A stretch of 64,000 nucleotides of DNA from Dipteris shenzhenensis. Taxonomy: Eukaryota. The notes under the pieces were generated by a model that saw only the letters and a program-made list of their open reading frames with translations, searched no databases and was not told where the DNA came from. The translations under genes were made by a program, and so were the position numbers. Each line of letters begins with the position of its first letter. Positions within the stretch are counted from its first letter, which is position 1. Location of the stretch: assembly GCA_047967505.1 (NCBI GenBank), contig CM106538.1; one strand, written 5' to 3'. Below, in pieces: positions 27,437 through 40,379 of the stretch.

Positions 27437-30046
27437 TCAATCGTTGGCATTGCATCCGTTGGATTGCATCAGATGGATGTTGGGGCCAGGCTTTCCACTG
27501 TGGGCACGTTGGCTAACTCTTGTGTACCTGGGGAAAATAGTAGGATTTGTTGTCCTAAGGAAAATCTCCTCCTCATCATCCTCAAATTCAGCTATCATGT
27601 TGATGCCCTCTGCTTGTAGTGGGTGAACTTGTTTTGGGAAGCTTCTCTTTGAAGAGAGATTGATTTTAAACTTATTTTTTCCTTTCTTGATTCTTATTCT
27701 CGCTGAACTCCAATCTTGTTTTACTTTGGCAGCTCTCAGCCATGGTCTACCCAATAACATGGAATAGGAACAATCTCGTTCCTCAATTCTGAGTACTACA
27801 AATGTGACTTTAAAGGATAGTCCCATAATGCTAATTTCCTGTCCTCTTAGTATTCCAAGGGGTTGTATTCTTCTTTGGTCAGCCATTCTGACCTAAAATG
27901 GTGCTAGTGCAAGTTCATTGCAACAAAATTTCTTAAATAGATCCTCAAAGAGGATGTTCACTCCTAATCCTCCATCTACCAATACTTCTGGTGTCCTTTG
28001 CCTTTTATAATCCACATCTATGAGTGGGACTTGATAATCCACATCCTTCAATGGTGGATGTGTAAATGTCGGGTGTTTCCTCTTCATCTTTACTCTATGG
28101 ATGATTTTTTGTTTGAGGAATGTCCCTAAAATGCAAATTCTGACATAATTGGTTCTTGAATGCTGGAACAAGATTTAGAAGTTGATCCAATGTTATCTGA
28201 CTTTGGAATCCAAAAGATCTTTAAAGAAGAGTGTGGGGTCTTCATGTTCATATTTGGCCTTTTCCTGCATCTGACTTCTATTCTTCAATGTGGTGTCTAC
28301 AATTGGAATGGCTTGCTCCTCTTTGATTTCCGTTAGCTTGACCTTGTCACCTCCATTTTTCTGCTCTGCAGAGTCCGAGCTAGTTCCATCTAGCAAATCA
28401 CTTTTTTCTTTGGGAATATATCTCAAGTTGGAAGAAGCTTGTCCTATTGTGTGTGTATCTAGAACTTTGTTAGGTTGATGGATGTTGCTTTGCTAAAGTT
28501 TATTATCTACATGTTGATGTCAGACATTGTCCGTCGAAAGACTGTCAGACTGTGTTTGGAGTTGTCTAAGGTCAATCTTAGCCTTACCCTTGTTTTGGAG
28601 CTATGATGATCTTGCTTCTGTTGCTGCATTACTCTCAAGTAATTGATGTAGGGCTTTATTTCAGACCTATGCTTGATAAGGCCAGTTCATTGGCTTTGCT
28701 ATCATTCTTGGTGCATCTTCAAGGCCAAGCATGGGCTTTGTACCTCTGGATCTTGTCACTACTAGTGCATGTATGTTACCCTAATTTCTTTGATTTTATT
28801 GATTGTAATCCTCATTTATAGGACCCAAGTACACCATATGAACACCTGGTGGTGGCTGCTTTGCTGATTTTGGTTACCTCTTGGATTATAATTGATTATT
28901 GGGATTCCTCTTTCTCCTCTGTGTTTGCACCAAAGCTCACATTGAGGACCTTTTATGTGGCCTTCCATGCCACAGTATGTGCATGCTTGATTTTGGTTTT
29001 GTTCTTATTGATTTTCCCAATTCTACTGATTGGGTCTTCTTGGTGGTGCATTATTGAATCTTTGTTGTCCTTGTCCTTGCCTACCTATTGTAATTTGATT
29101 AGCTACCACACGGGTGGGGCTTGATTTTTTGAATTTTGCACATGAGGAGGGACTCTCCCCCTATAATTTGGATTATACTAGCATCTCTCTTTGTCATGAT
29201 TGTCCTTCCCACAAAATTCTCAAGCAACTTTAGGTAGGGTGGGGGTGTTTTAAAAGCTTCCAATTGATCCTTAATCATTTGCTCTAACTTAGAGAGCTTG
29301 TATGTTTTCTTCTTTCCTTTTGATTTCTCTTTGTTCTTGCTCTGTCTTTTCTTTTTCTTTGAGGTCTCTTCCTCTTCACTCTCATCATATCTGATGTATC
29401 ATCTTTTGTATCATCTAGAGCTTTCCTCATCGTCTAAATCACTGTCTGTCTCTGTTTCAAAATCTGTGTCAAAGTCAGAATGCCTTTTCTTCTTTTGTTT
29501 TTTAGACCTTGACTTCATGCCTAGTCTTCTTTCTGCTCTTTGTGCCACATCAACCATGTTGTTAAAATCATTTACTCCTCCAAGCTAATCTCTGCCAGCT
29601 ACTGATGTCCATGATTCTTTGTTTAGTCCCTTACAGAAATAATCTCCCATTTGCTCATCAGTGGGTTGTTGATTGTTTATCAACCTTCTATTCAGATTTC
29701 TGAACATTTGGGCATAGTCTTCAACTAAGAGATGTTTTTTCTTCATATTTCAAAGCTTCTTGAGTACATGTTCTAGAGTTTTTTCTTTACAAAAGTAGCT
29801 TAAAAATGCAATTTTCAAATCATCATAAGATGCAAAATGAGCTACACCATATTGCATTAGCCAAATCATTGCCTTACCATTAAAAGTTGCTACAAACTGC
29901 TCTTTCTTGGTGAGGTCCGGAAGTTGTCCGATTCCACTTGCAACCCACCTTGTTTCAAATTGTCCGAGATGACTGCTGAAACTTGTCCTCTTTTGCCGAT
30001 GAATTTGCCTGACTTTACCAAAGGATTCTGCATTCTTGGCTGGCAT
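27437..30046 (-). pseudogene. Gypsy gag-protease (disrupted)
   Basis: Retrotrans_gag-like KKEQFVATFNGKAMIWL..SYDDLKIAFL. Knuckles (*)EFCGKDNHDKERC (~29200) and CTYCGMEGHIKGPQC (~28960). Protease VLVDGGLGVNIL and MLLGRPWL. Confidence 0.85.
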
Positions 30047-32879
30047 TATTGTCTTTGAGCTGGAGCTTGCACTTTCTTTTTTGGAGGTGGAGATAATGGA
30101 TTAAAGTCGAGTTTTCTTTGAGCCTGAACAAATAGGCATGCTGCAAAATTTGTTGCAATACTCCTTTTGAGTAATTCTTTAGTTGGTGATTGCACCATCA
30201 ATTTGCTAAGTTCTATTTGTACCTGACTTATTTCTATGCCATGCACAGAATTATTAGAAGATCTTGTTCCACTCGGTGTGTAATCTGGATCATGGAAAAT
30301 GTCATCTTGATCATCTGTTTGTGTGCCTCGCTTCCAGTCTAGCACGGTTTCTTGTAAAATAGGTGTAGCCAATTCGGCGAGGTGATGTTTTCTCCTAAAA
30401 GTTATTCGACATGGACCAAGATACTTGCCATGTAAGGAATAAATAGAGAACTATAGTCACTGGCTACTATTGAGTTGCTTGTAGTGCAGTTTGATAAGGA
30501 ATCTACTTGCACTTTGTTGGAGCTTGTTGCCTTGAATATTTGATTGTGCCATTGCGTAGTCGGATGACTATCCCCACTGGTAATCTAATGACTACTTGCT
30601 GGCTTGTCTGGTTAATGTGGCGACTGAAGACTTTGTCAACAGTGTCACTTGTCGAACCGTGTATTGTACTTTTCTTTGCCAATGAGTTAACAATTGTTTA
30701 TCAATGAGGGACCTAATCAAGTTGTTACACACTTGTATGGTCTGAATGGAGTCAGAGTACAATCTGCTTCTTGGTGAATGCTCAATTCGAGATACAATTT
30801 TGTAGACACCTCACTCGTTGCAGTGTGTTCACTTTTTTGAAGTGTTGTGGTGGCTATCCAACTGGTTCTTATCATGAGGAAGTCATTTACAAAAGTCGAG
30901 AAGGATTTTCGAAAGTGGTCCGCCTTCAAGCACTTTTTGAATGACTTCACTCATTGAATCTGGTTGTATGCCATTTCATGCTTTGCTAGAAGTCATCTTT
31001 GCAACAATACATTATTGGTGATTTGATTTTCTTGGGAGTTGTTGCCTCTGTTGGTCGATTTTCTTTGTAGTCATTGTAGATCATACGATTTTCATTCTTT
31101 TGTGAAATTGCTATGTAGCAGCAACCGGCAGTCATAGCTCAAACGTAGTAGAGGATTGCCAATATTGTTAGTGGGTCTCCAAAAGACTAGAAAAGCCCTA
31201 CACATATCCACTCTTGAAAAATGGGAATGCCAGGGTTGGGACTTAAGCATGAGTAATGTTGGAAAAAGGAAGAGGTAGTACAAAACATACAAAGAGCCGA
31301 GACAATAGTTTATGAAGTGGAAATATTACAAATAGTTTGTATTTCAGTAGATAGTAATAGCAACCCTGATGCAGGATATGATGATCAACTTATAACAACA
31401 TCCGATGGTGTTCCAACTTTAGTCGGATAATAGTCAGAAATAGACATAGGCCCAAAATGATGTGGTGGATAAGGCCACTATTATTGGTTGTTAGGGACAT
31501 CTATAACTATCCCTACATTTACAAAATTATCCACTACTTACTATTGTAACCCCCCTTTACTAGAGGTCTACTAACCCTCTTTGGTTGAGGTCCATGTGGG
31601 TGGATAGGTTATCCTCAACAAAGAGCAAGCTAGCAAAGAAATAAATGTGACTGATTGGAAAGAAGTGCTTCAAAGTCTTAAAGCAAGGAAGGTGTGTATG
31701 AAGAATATCTAATTCCTATAAGTTCTAGTTTTCTTCATCAATAAATGGAGCAACAAGAAAATTATCTATCAAATGATGATGAAGAGCTGAAAGATTATCA
31801 TTTTCCAATAGAAGATGATGAAGAGTCATTTGATAATTGTGCATGCTATGCATTTGCACCATCATTTGCAATTGATGTCATGTGGAAGCAAGAGAAGGTT
31901 AATCCAAATGCATTCTTTGAGGAGCCTAAATATACAATCCCTTACAACAAGGAAGGTTTGGGGTACATTCCTAATCCAATTCAAGTCAATGATTCTAAAC
32001 TATGTCAAAGCAATGAAGTTAAAGTTTTTTCTAATCTTTATTTCAAGATTGTAACTTTTGATGAGGATGACGAAGATCTTGAGGACTACAATGAAGGCTT
32101 AAGTCCAAATGGTTTTTCTCTTTGGTTTGGACTAATGGATCCAATATAACCGGAGACAACAATGAGTCAAAATATTGATATCAAGGATGAAAATGCTATA
32201 TTGGACAACCAATTTGGCCACATGATTAATGCAAATGGTTTGCAAAAGGTTGGCTTTGCAGAGCCATCAATTTGAGATAGCTATTTGTCAACTCTATCAG
32301 TGGCACTTGATGGATGTGCTCTGATGGATCCTTTCGCATGAACATGACACAATTATCACTGAAGCACATTAGCGAGTGGCAAAAGGTCACTTTGCAGGAG
32401 CAATCATAGTGAAGAAGGTGCTGCAAGCCACACTATAGTGGCCAATGCTATAGAAGGATTCCTCAAGATTTGCACAGTAATGTGATGTGTACCAAAGATT
32501 GGACCAGCCATTGAATCAAGATTGGATGCAGATGCACCCGCCAAGGTTACCTCTCGCACCATTCCAAAAATGGGAATTGGATTTCATGGGTTGGTTCAAA
32601 CGTGTAGTCGTAAGAACCAAGAGTTGCTATGTACATGTTGCAATATACTATTACACCAAATGGGTTGAAGCATGGGCTTTGTGGGACAATGCTGCAAGAT
32701 CAATAGAAAAGTGCCTTTACAAAGATATATTATGTTGGTTTGACTATCCCATCAAGTTGGTTAGTGATCATGGGAAGCACTCCGTTGTCATGAAGCTACA
32801 TAAATCTCTTGCCTTTTTTTGGAAGAAATCTAGTTGTAAATTGATCATGCCCAAAAAATGTTGTAATTGCTTGGACTGA

Positions 32880-33325
32880 CTTTCATTCAGGATATTTTCA
32901 TAACTTTGGATGGATCCATCTGAATACTAGCTACAGAGATTATGAAACCTAGAAACTTTACTGATGGTGGAGATGCCATTTTTTGAATTGCAAACTTAAA
33001 TTGTACTTATGAAGTCATGTGAGAACCTCCTCTAAGACTTCTTTATGCTGCTCCATTCGCTAAACGTGCTAGGACCATCCGATAATGCAAACGACATCAC
33101 TTACAATTGATATAATCCAATTGGAGTTTGAAAAGTTATCTTCTCAGCATCTACTGGAGCAATATTAATTTCCAAGTATCCTTGGCCATCACGATCCAAA
33201 AGCCGCTTTTGATTCATACCCTTGGAAGAATTCTGACTATTTTGAATATCACATCCATAGGCACAACTGCGGTAAACAGCTACAATTTTACATCTATCTT
33301 GAGGACCTGATGAGTGAAAAGACAC
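32880..33325 (-). mobile_element. Gypsy RT fragment
   Basis: GYLEINIAPVDAEKITFQTPIGLY, and VKFLGFII at ~32950. Confidence 0.65.
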
Positions 33326-33329
33326 ATGA

Positions 33330-34546
33330 TTTTCCCTTGCAAGCTGTGTTATCCATTGTTGCCACCGCCGTCAGCACATCTTTTGCCAGTTCAGTAATGA
33401 AGTATTTGTTTAGCACTTTTGCCACAGGTTGCTAGGCTAGGGGAACTCATTGTAGGAGTTGGAGGAACTAAGCTACATAGTCTTCCACATCCTAGTCTCC
33501 CTACTTGAGAATTCACAATCCTTCCAGAGTCTTTGAAATCATTTTCTATTTATGAAACCACCTCAAGAATGCAATTCTAATAGCATCATAGGATGAAAGT
33601 AGTCTATTGGGTTCTTTGCTAGCCATCGTGATGCCTTACCATCCAAGTTGGCTCAAATATAGCCTCCTTCTACATGACATCCACCACACTCGAAATGTTG
33701 AGGGCATAGATTTTAAGAAACTAATGTACATCTCTGGATTTCTCCAAAACTTTGTATGTTTGACATTTGCTATACCGCCATCATTGGAACAACAATTGTA
33801 GCCACAACAGTAGTTGGTCTGCCTCCTGCCAGCCAAAGATTGTGGATTTTGGAACAATCCTCTTACCATTGCTACTGACCATGCTTGCCTCACGGTTGGT
33901 GATGAAGGTTTGCTCAGTACCCTCCACATGCCCAGAACAGGCTGCAAAGTAGGAATAGAATTGGAATGGCACCTTCCACTTCACGGTGTGACCTCGCCAC
34001 TTTTTGTGAAGTGATCTAGCCACTTCTTGTGGGGCTCTCTTGATCCAACTAGGCATCACCATGCTCCAGTGTGCCCCAAATGGGTTCTTCGACTCCTGCT
34101 AGCCATCTCCCTAATCTAGGGGATCTCCACACCACAATGGCAATAGACCTTCTATGCCATTGGGGATGCCTCATTGTTGGAACCAATGGTTTTGGAGGTC
34201 CTTGCAACTGTGTTCACATGCATAGTTATGTCTTATTCAGACAAAAGACCAAAAATACATTATATGTCTGCATGCAAGTTCCAAATCTATCGAACCAGAA
34301 TGTTGACCATTGGAAAATCACCAAACAAAGCATCTCGTGGATTGGTCTTGATAGAAAAGATATAAGTTTGCACTTCGTGGATCACCTGTCACTCAAAAGA
34401 TGCTCTCTTGAATCATTGCCATAAGAAATGCAGGTCTCGATAGATCTAAATGCTGTGCCACAAGATAATGTGGGCACTAACGAGTCTGCATGGGAATTTG
34501 CCACACACCACAAATGTGCAGGATTGAGAACATTGCGGTGGCAATG
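33330..34546 (-). mobile_element. Decayed LINE RT 3' fragment
   Basis: Minus-strand GLGMWK (~33490) and WSPRLGRWL (~34110) resemble LINE post-RT sequence. Heavily disrupted. Confidence 0.45.
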
Positions 34547-34836
34547 TGTAACGCCCTTATATATTGGATAGAGACACTACGGGATACATAGGAGACACAC
34601 TCATGCGACTTAGGGAATACACATAGAATAGACAAAAGGAGACATACACATCTCTACAAATTACGACACATGAATAAATAATTGATGATCAAATACAATG
34701 GTTGCATGAATACAAGAGTCTGGTTGCAGCTGTCACACCCACCCATGGCAGTTGTAGGTACTTACACCCTAGGAATCCATGCTACAACCACGTACTATGT
34801 TAATGCCTTAACATGGGTCTCCAATTGAGTGTGACA
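34547..34836. mobile_element. Solo LTR (290 bp) with TSD CAATG
   Basis: CAATG|TGTAACGCCC...GTGTGACA|CAATG. Confidence 0.85.
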
Positions 34837-35181
34837 CAATGTGCCCTACCAATTGGCCTTCGCTTAGTGCTTCACTTTTTTTCTTTACTATTCAATGTCC
34901 AAAAAGTGGCTTTGGTGGGATTTTCAATGTTGAATCTTTCTTGGAAAATGCTTTTGATTGGTTGAAATATAACCAAAGTGCCACTGCACTAGCCAAGTAT
35001 CCAAGAGATTGCAAGTGGTCAAAGCCTAATAGTAATTTCTACCATTTTATCTAAGCTTAGGTGGAGCAATTGAGTACATAGTAGATCCATTGTTTCTCTA
35101 AGTACTAGGCAACAAGCTTAATGAAAAAATCCCTTCCTCATGAGAAGTTTAAGAAGCTCAAACTTATCATTTATTGTTTCA

Positions 35182-35519
35182 TGTAGAGACTATCTCCTAT
35201 GACTGGGTCATTGGTTTGGGTTATATTGTGTATACATGGATATATGTGTGTATACATGGAAAATATAAGTAGCGGTAAAGGAACTTTTCTATTATATCAG
35301 TTAGTGTGAATAGTCCTTATGGATTTAGGTGAAACTATTTAGGGTGATGTGTATATTGCATCATATTGGCTTTCTACAATGTTGAAGGTGTACACTTTGT
35401 ATAGTTGCCAAATGTGTTGAGGTATATAGTTTCCAATGTATATGGTGCACGTTTTGTATAGCCACAGGTGTACCTCCTTTTCCATGTCTTTTGTTTGTGT
35501 TATTGATCATATTCTAACA
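35182..35519 (+). mobile_element. LTR-like segment related to the LTR at 62307-62633
   Basis: Shares the blocks GGGTCATTGG, ATAGTCCTTATGGA.TTAGG and GTACA.TTTGTATAG, and ends in CTAACA. No TSD found. Confidence 0.5.
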
Positions 35520-37250
35520 TTGTCCAATTATTACTAAGCTTATCATGATAATGAATAATTCTGGGATCAAGATTTTGGCAATAAGAATTCCACATCCCTT
35601 GGCTTTACATGGCCCCAATGGATTTATGGGATGTACTAATACTTTGAAAAACTTGGAAAGCATCCATTCTTGCATGACATATACTGACAAAATATTGGAT
35701 ATTAGCCTCATCAAGGTTGGGAAACTTGAACTGCATTGGAACCCATCTTCCTTGGTAATGGCAATAATTATATTTTTGAATAAAGTTTGATGAGATTAGT
35801 CACATGATCAAAATTGATGAGTTCTTCATATTTATCTACCACCTCCACATGCAATGTTGCCAACTAGCTAGAATCTTCCCCTCTCTAGCCTTCATATGGT
35901 AGTAAACTAAAATTAATGTCCACTCTTATAGTGCCAGCAATTTGTTTTCCTCTCCCTTAGGGTTAGAGCTTGTGGCACTTCATTAGGAGAAGAAGTTTCA
36001 AAAAGGCGATGGAAAATGAATAGATTTTGTATGTGTCTCAAGAAGTAAAAGCCAAAACTAGAGGTGTATGTGTCCCAACTTCCCATCCGGTTGAGTCAAA
36101 ATGGGCCCAATTGCAATCCTAGATGCATCCACATGCACATGAAAGATCAAGTTCTAGTTTAGCTTCTTGAGGATAGGATTTTTTGCAAAGCTTAGAATGC
36201 TTCAATTTAAGGTTCATCCACTCAAACTTCATGTCATGTCTTGTTAGCTAATGAAGAGATTTGACTATGCCCACATCCTAATGGGCAAACTATCTATACA
36301 AGCTAAGGATTCTCATGAATGAGTGCACTTTCTTGACAATATTTGAGTCTTTCATTTTTCGTATGTCATTAAATTTTGACTTTTTAGTCATTATGCATTC
36401 ACCTAAGATCCTCTGTCCCACCAACACTCTTGAGAACAACTGAATACACATTGTAGGAATTTAAGGTGATTTATGTTTTGGAACTTCTAGAACATCTTTT
36501 GTGACATTACAAGTGTGCATGCTTTGTACTATACATAGAGAAATTATCCAAGACATGGCAAGGAACTCATCGATGTAATTGTGGAAGTTTCCCACCATGA
36601 AGCACTAAAACATATAGGATGCATTCATCAACCCAAATGGCATCACTATATGTGAATATTCTTGCCATTTGGTGATGAAACTCTTCTCCTCCTAATCTTC
36701 TTTGGCCAACATGATTTGATTGTACCAAGTGCATCCTTCCTTGAACGAATGCATATCATGGCTAGCTACTTTTTCCCAAATGGTGTTTATGAATGGTAAT
36801 AAGAATGGGTCTTTCATTGTCTTAGGTAGTCTATACAGACTCTCAACTTGCTATTTTCCATTGGTACAATTATGATTGGGAATATCCAATTGCTTTGGTA
36901 GAATTGCTAGATGAAACCTACCTTTATTAGCTAGTCAATGTTTTCCTTTACCAAATACATGTACTATTGACTTGGCTTAGCATTTAGAATGAGTGTTATT
37001 TAGTATTGAATCAAATTTGGTGGTACCCCTTCAAGTCCTTTGTATTCCCATTTGAATACACCCTTATACTCCAAAACAAGTTCTTGGGCTCTCTTGAGGA
37101 ATTTGTTCACAGAGTTCTTTGTTGATTTGGATCAACCTTGGTGCTTCTCACAAATGGAAGGAGAAATCGAAAACATTCCAACATATAGTGTAGTCAACAT
37201 TGGAGGAAAATTTTGTACTAGATATCATAGGGGAATATCGACTCAGCAAC
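35520..37250 (-). mobile_element. Decayed Gypsy RT/RNaseH
   Basis: FHVHVDASRIAIGPILTQ (~36090-36145), an MPFGLMNA-type motif (~36620-36645) and an RT core remnant at ~36540-36570. Confidence 0.75.
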
Positions 37251-37909
37251 CATGAAAGTGCGGCAATCAAGGAGGGATTTTGATGGGTGCATGAGTCCCT
37301 ATTCTTTCAAGCAAAGAATTACATGGTGTCCTTGTGAACGAGGGAGTGATCATGCATGCCAAAACACAATCAATTGCATGGCGTGCATATTGCAAGTGGA
37401 AGCATCAAGAGTGGGGACCACACTGGCAAAAGGGAAGTTGATCTACATGAAGGTCGACTAGGTTCTCAACATCTTGTTCCCATTGATAGAGATGAGCTAG
37501 AGGTCCCCCTACAGATCAAAATAGTTGATTCGAAGCTGGTGCATGAAGGTCTAAGAGAATGGACAAGTGTCAACAAAGAGGAGGAAGAGGAATAGTGAAG
37601 GGGCGAGCTTTTCTCAAGCAGAATCGACAACGTCAAATCCCTCTCCTCCAACCTCAGTTTTGGTGCCCATCTCTTCTTCACCTCCCCCTATGAGTTTGGT
37701 GCAGATAAGTGCAAAAGTGCCAAGCACTCTATTGGTGGTAACTTTAGAGGTGGTGACAAGTTTTGCAGTGGTGCCTAGCCTTGCAAAGGTGCCAAGTTCC
37801 TATTTTATTGCAATTTCTATTGAATAGTCCCATTCACTTTTTGATACAGCTGCTACCTGAGTGTCAAGTTTGATTTTGGGAGGTTCCCATGGAGAGACAA
37901 AATAGGGAA

Positions 37910-38410
37910 GCTCTATTGTTACTTCCCATGGAGGCAAGCTCTATTGTTACTTCCCATGCTTTGCACCCCTTCCCTGCTACTTTGTCGATCTTGAGTACAG
38001 CAAACAGCAGCATCCTAGTCATCCCATGGAGTCCACCCACTTTTGCATTGTAGCCTAACCAATTGGAGGCTTGCGGTCAATTTTTAATCGATTTGGCTAA
38101 CCAATGGGCCATGTAGCAAGAGACTAGTTAGAAACTTGTAGAGTTGCAGACTTAGAATGAATGCCTACAAACACAAAAGGCCAAATGGAGGCTCTATTTT
38201 TACTTCCCATGCTTTGTGCCCCCTCCCTACTACTTTATTAATCTTGAGTACGGCAAGAAGCAACATCCGAGTCATTCCATGGATTCCACCTACTTCTGTA
38301 TGGCACCCCTACATAGTTGGAGGCTTGCAGTCAGTTTTTTATTTATTTGGCTAACCAATGGGCCATGCAATAAGGGATCAATAGCAACTCGTAGAGTTGT
38401 GGACTCAATA
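37910..38410. repeat. Diverged ~253-bp tandem duplication
   Basis: GCTCTATT.TTACTTCCCATGCTTTG..TTGGAGGCTTGC..TTGGCTAACCAATGGGCCATG occurs at ~37938 and ~38191. Confidence 0.85.
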
Positions 38411-40379
38411 TAAAAGCCTGTGAGCTCAGAATGCCACCGTATAGAGTGAGGTAGTCAATAGTCCAAGCAATGAAAACCAAGCAAGCCTCATGAAGCAATC
38501 AATGAAAATCAAGCAAGAAAAATCAACATATGACATTTGACTTTAAAACCCATCACATGTATCCAATAATTAGAAAGAAGAAATAGCCACAATTAGGCAT
38601 AATGATTCAAGTAGTAGAATATCATATGTAAGATGTCATAGTACTACCCATTGTCTTGCTTAATATCCATGCAATTTAAAGTAATCTTGAAGACTAAGTT
38701 AAACTATTACATTGATTGATAATTCCAATATGAAAAACTCAATTTCAATTCAAAGTCTCTAAGTATTTATCATCAACAAATGTGCAAGGATCATTTTCCT
38801 TTTGCTTGGTCATTTGATCATGCTTCTCACCACTACCCTTTCCATTGCTACTGCTTAGCCTAGTAGATCACTCTACAAACACAATCTACATTGTAAATAG
38901 ATTTAAATGACCAAATAGAATTATAGGCACGATCAATGTATGGACATTAAACGTTCTTGAATAAGAATATATTTTTATCGAATTGATTTATGTCTTTTAT
39001 GCCAAAGTAGATAAACCAAATATTAGTCTAGACTCTACACATTAGACCACATATAACGATAATCATAACAATAGGTAAAAATTCACAATTAACAACTGAA
39101 TTTTCATTTTGTAATGCAAGCAATCTCTTACTAGACTACATATAGAGTTCAATGTTTGATGCATATCCTATCAAAGATAGATGCAAAACAAAAATCATTG
39201 CAAACTATTGGCCACATTTCACAATGTCCTCAAATCATCTTAGACCATATCATTAAGAACACCATGATCTATACCTACCTTCTTAAACAATGTGTATCAT
39301 AATTTAATTTTAAATAAGAAGCTACTAAATGCTATTCATCCTAAAGCATGGCAAGTGACTTCTATATAAATAACAGTAGAATTTGTACTCCATATTCCAA
39401 TAAATATAATCTAAAATGGTATTTATTGATTCTATTATTTATGAAATATCACATCAATGCATATATACATGAATCATATGGGTGTTTGAGAGGCTAAATA
39501 GTATACTCATTACCATCCTAATAAACAAGATCTAATCGAGCTCTCTTGGCACTAGCAACCTACACAAGGGGCTCAAGAACACTACCCACCATAAAAGTAT
39601 CATTATCAAAAGAGAAGCATGTATGCCCATTTGTTAAGATTCTCTCATGAGTCTAGGTAAAATATTACATCCATGTCCATTCATATGCCACCTAGAGGAT
39701 CAAAATACATTCAATGAAAGTAGTGGATCCCTTAATTCTTATTGAAAATGCATGGTGGATCATGCTCCATGTCTCTTTTGAACCTCAAGCCTGATAAATG
39801 AGTCCACAAGTTACTCATTTTTTGTATATTCAACTTCTCATCAAAGGTAGGTTTAATATATACACTAAAATATTGGAGGTGTATGGCTTAATTGCATCAT
39901 AAACACAAGCAATAGGGAATCATTTGAAACATGGAGAAAGGTATATCAAATACATTTGATCTCTTACATTCCACAATGATTCAAAGGAAGGAGATTTCTA
40001 AACAACATATCTTATCCTTCTTGTTTGGGTAACCATGTAGAATTTTATCTAAAACAACACGCAATGATGCACTCCAATAATTGCATGAAAACATATCATT
40101 CCATCTATGTAATGCATTCTCATTCATAGGCAAATTATACAATAGTCATGTAGATAAAGAGCATCCAAGCTTAAACTATGAAATAGTATAGAACTACAAT
40201 AAAGTATTTCCTATCGCTAATGGGAAAATAAGGACTAACCACCATCTAATCATCCAATATTGTTGCAATCACAAGTATGCCACACCTTAAATGATCCTTT
40301 GAGAGATGGTACCATGAAGGTATACCATCTCCGCACATCTCAAAGCTAGGGGGAAAGTCAAGAAACATATTACTTGCAT

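Larger units (their letters stand above)
24025..31620 (-). mobile_element. Non-autonomous Gypsy-type LTR retrotransposon (gag-protease plus extra ORF; no RT/RNaseH/integrase), TSD AAGAG
   Basis: LTRs at 24025-24471 and 31166-31620, both TGTTAG..TCAACA. AAGAG at 24020-24024 and 31621-31625. Gag, zinc knuckles and protease are on the minus strand. Confidence 0.9.
20950..32830 (+). mobile_element. Old Gypsy element (gag, protease, integrase remnants) interrupted by two insertions
   Basis: Gag KIPKLHGMRG (~21396) resumes after the solo LTR as FTDVLSLTF..ATWDEVK..LTRF (22231-22349). Protease-like LLGQPW at ~23650. Integrase GHFAG..KKVLQ and PFQKWELDFMG..YYTKWVEA at 32385-32780. Ends undefined. 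Confidence 0.7.

Noticed and set aside
30044-30372. TAATG stop-start overlap between a 108-aa ORF and gag
   Set aside because: The element is full of frameshifts, so one indel explains it equally well; a consensus is needed.
38470-40370. Possible intron-containing transposase remnant on the minus strand
   Set aside because: I could not identify a catalytic motif or terminal repeats.
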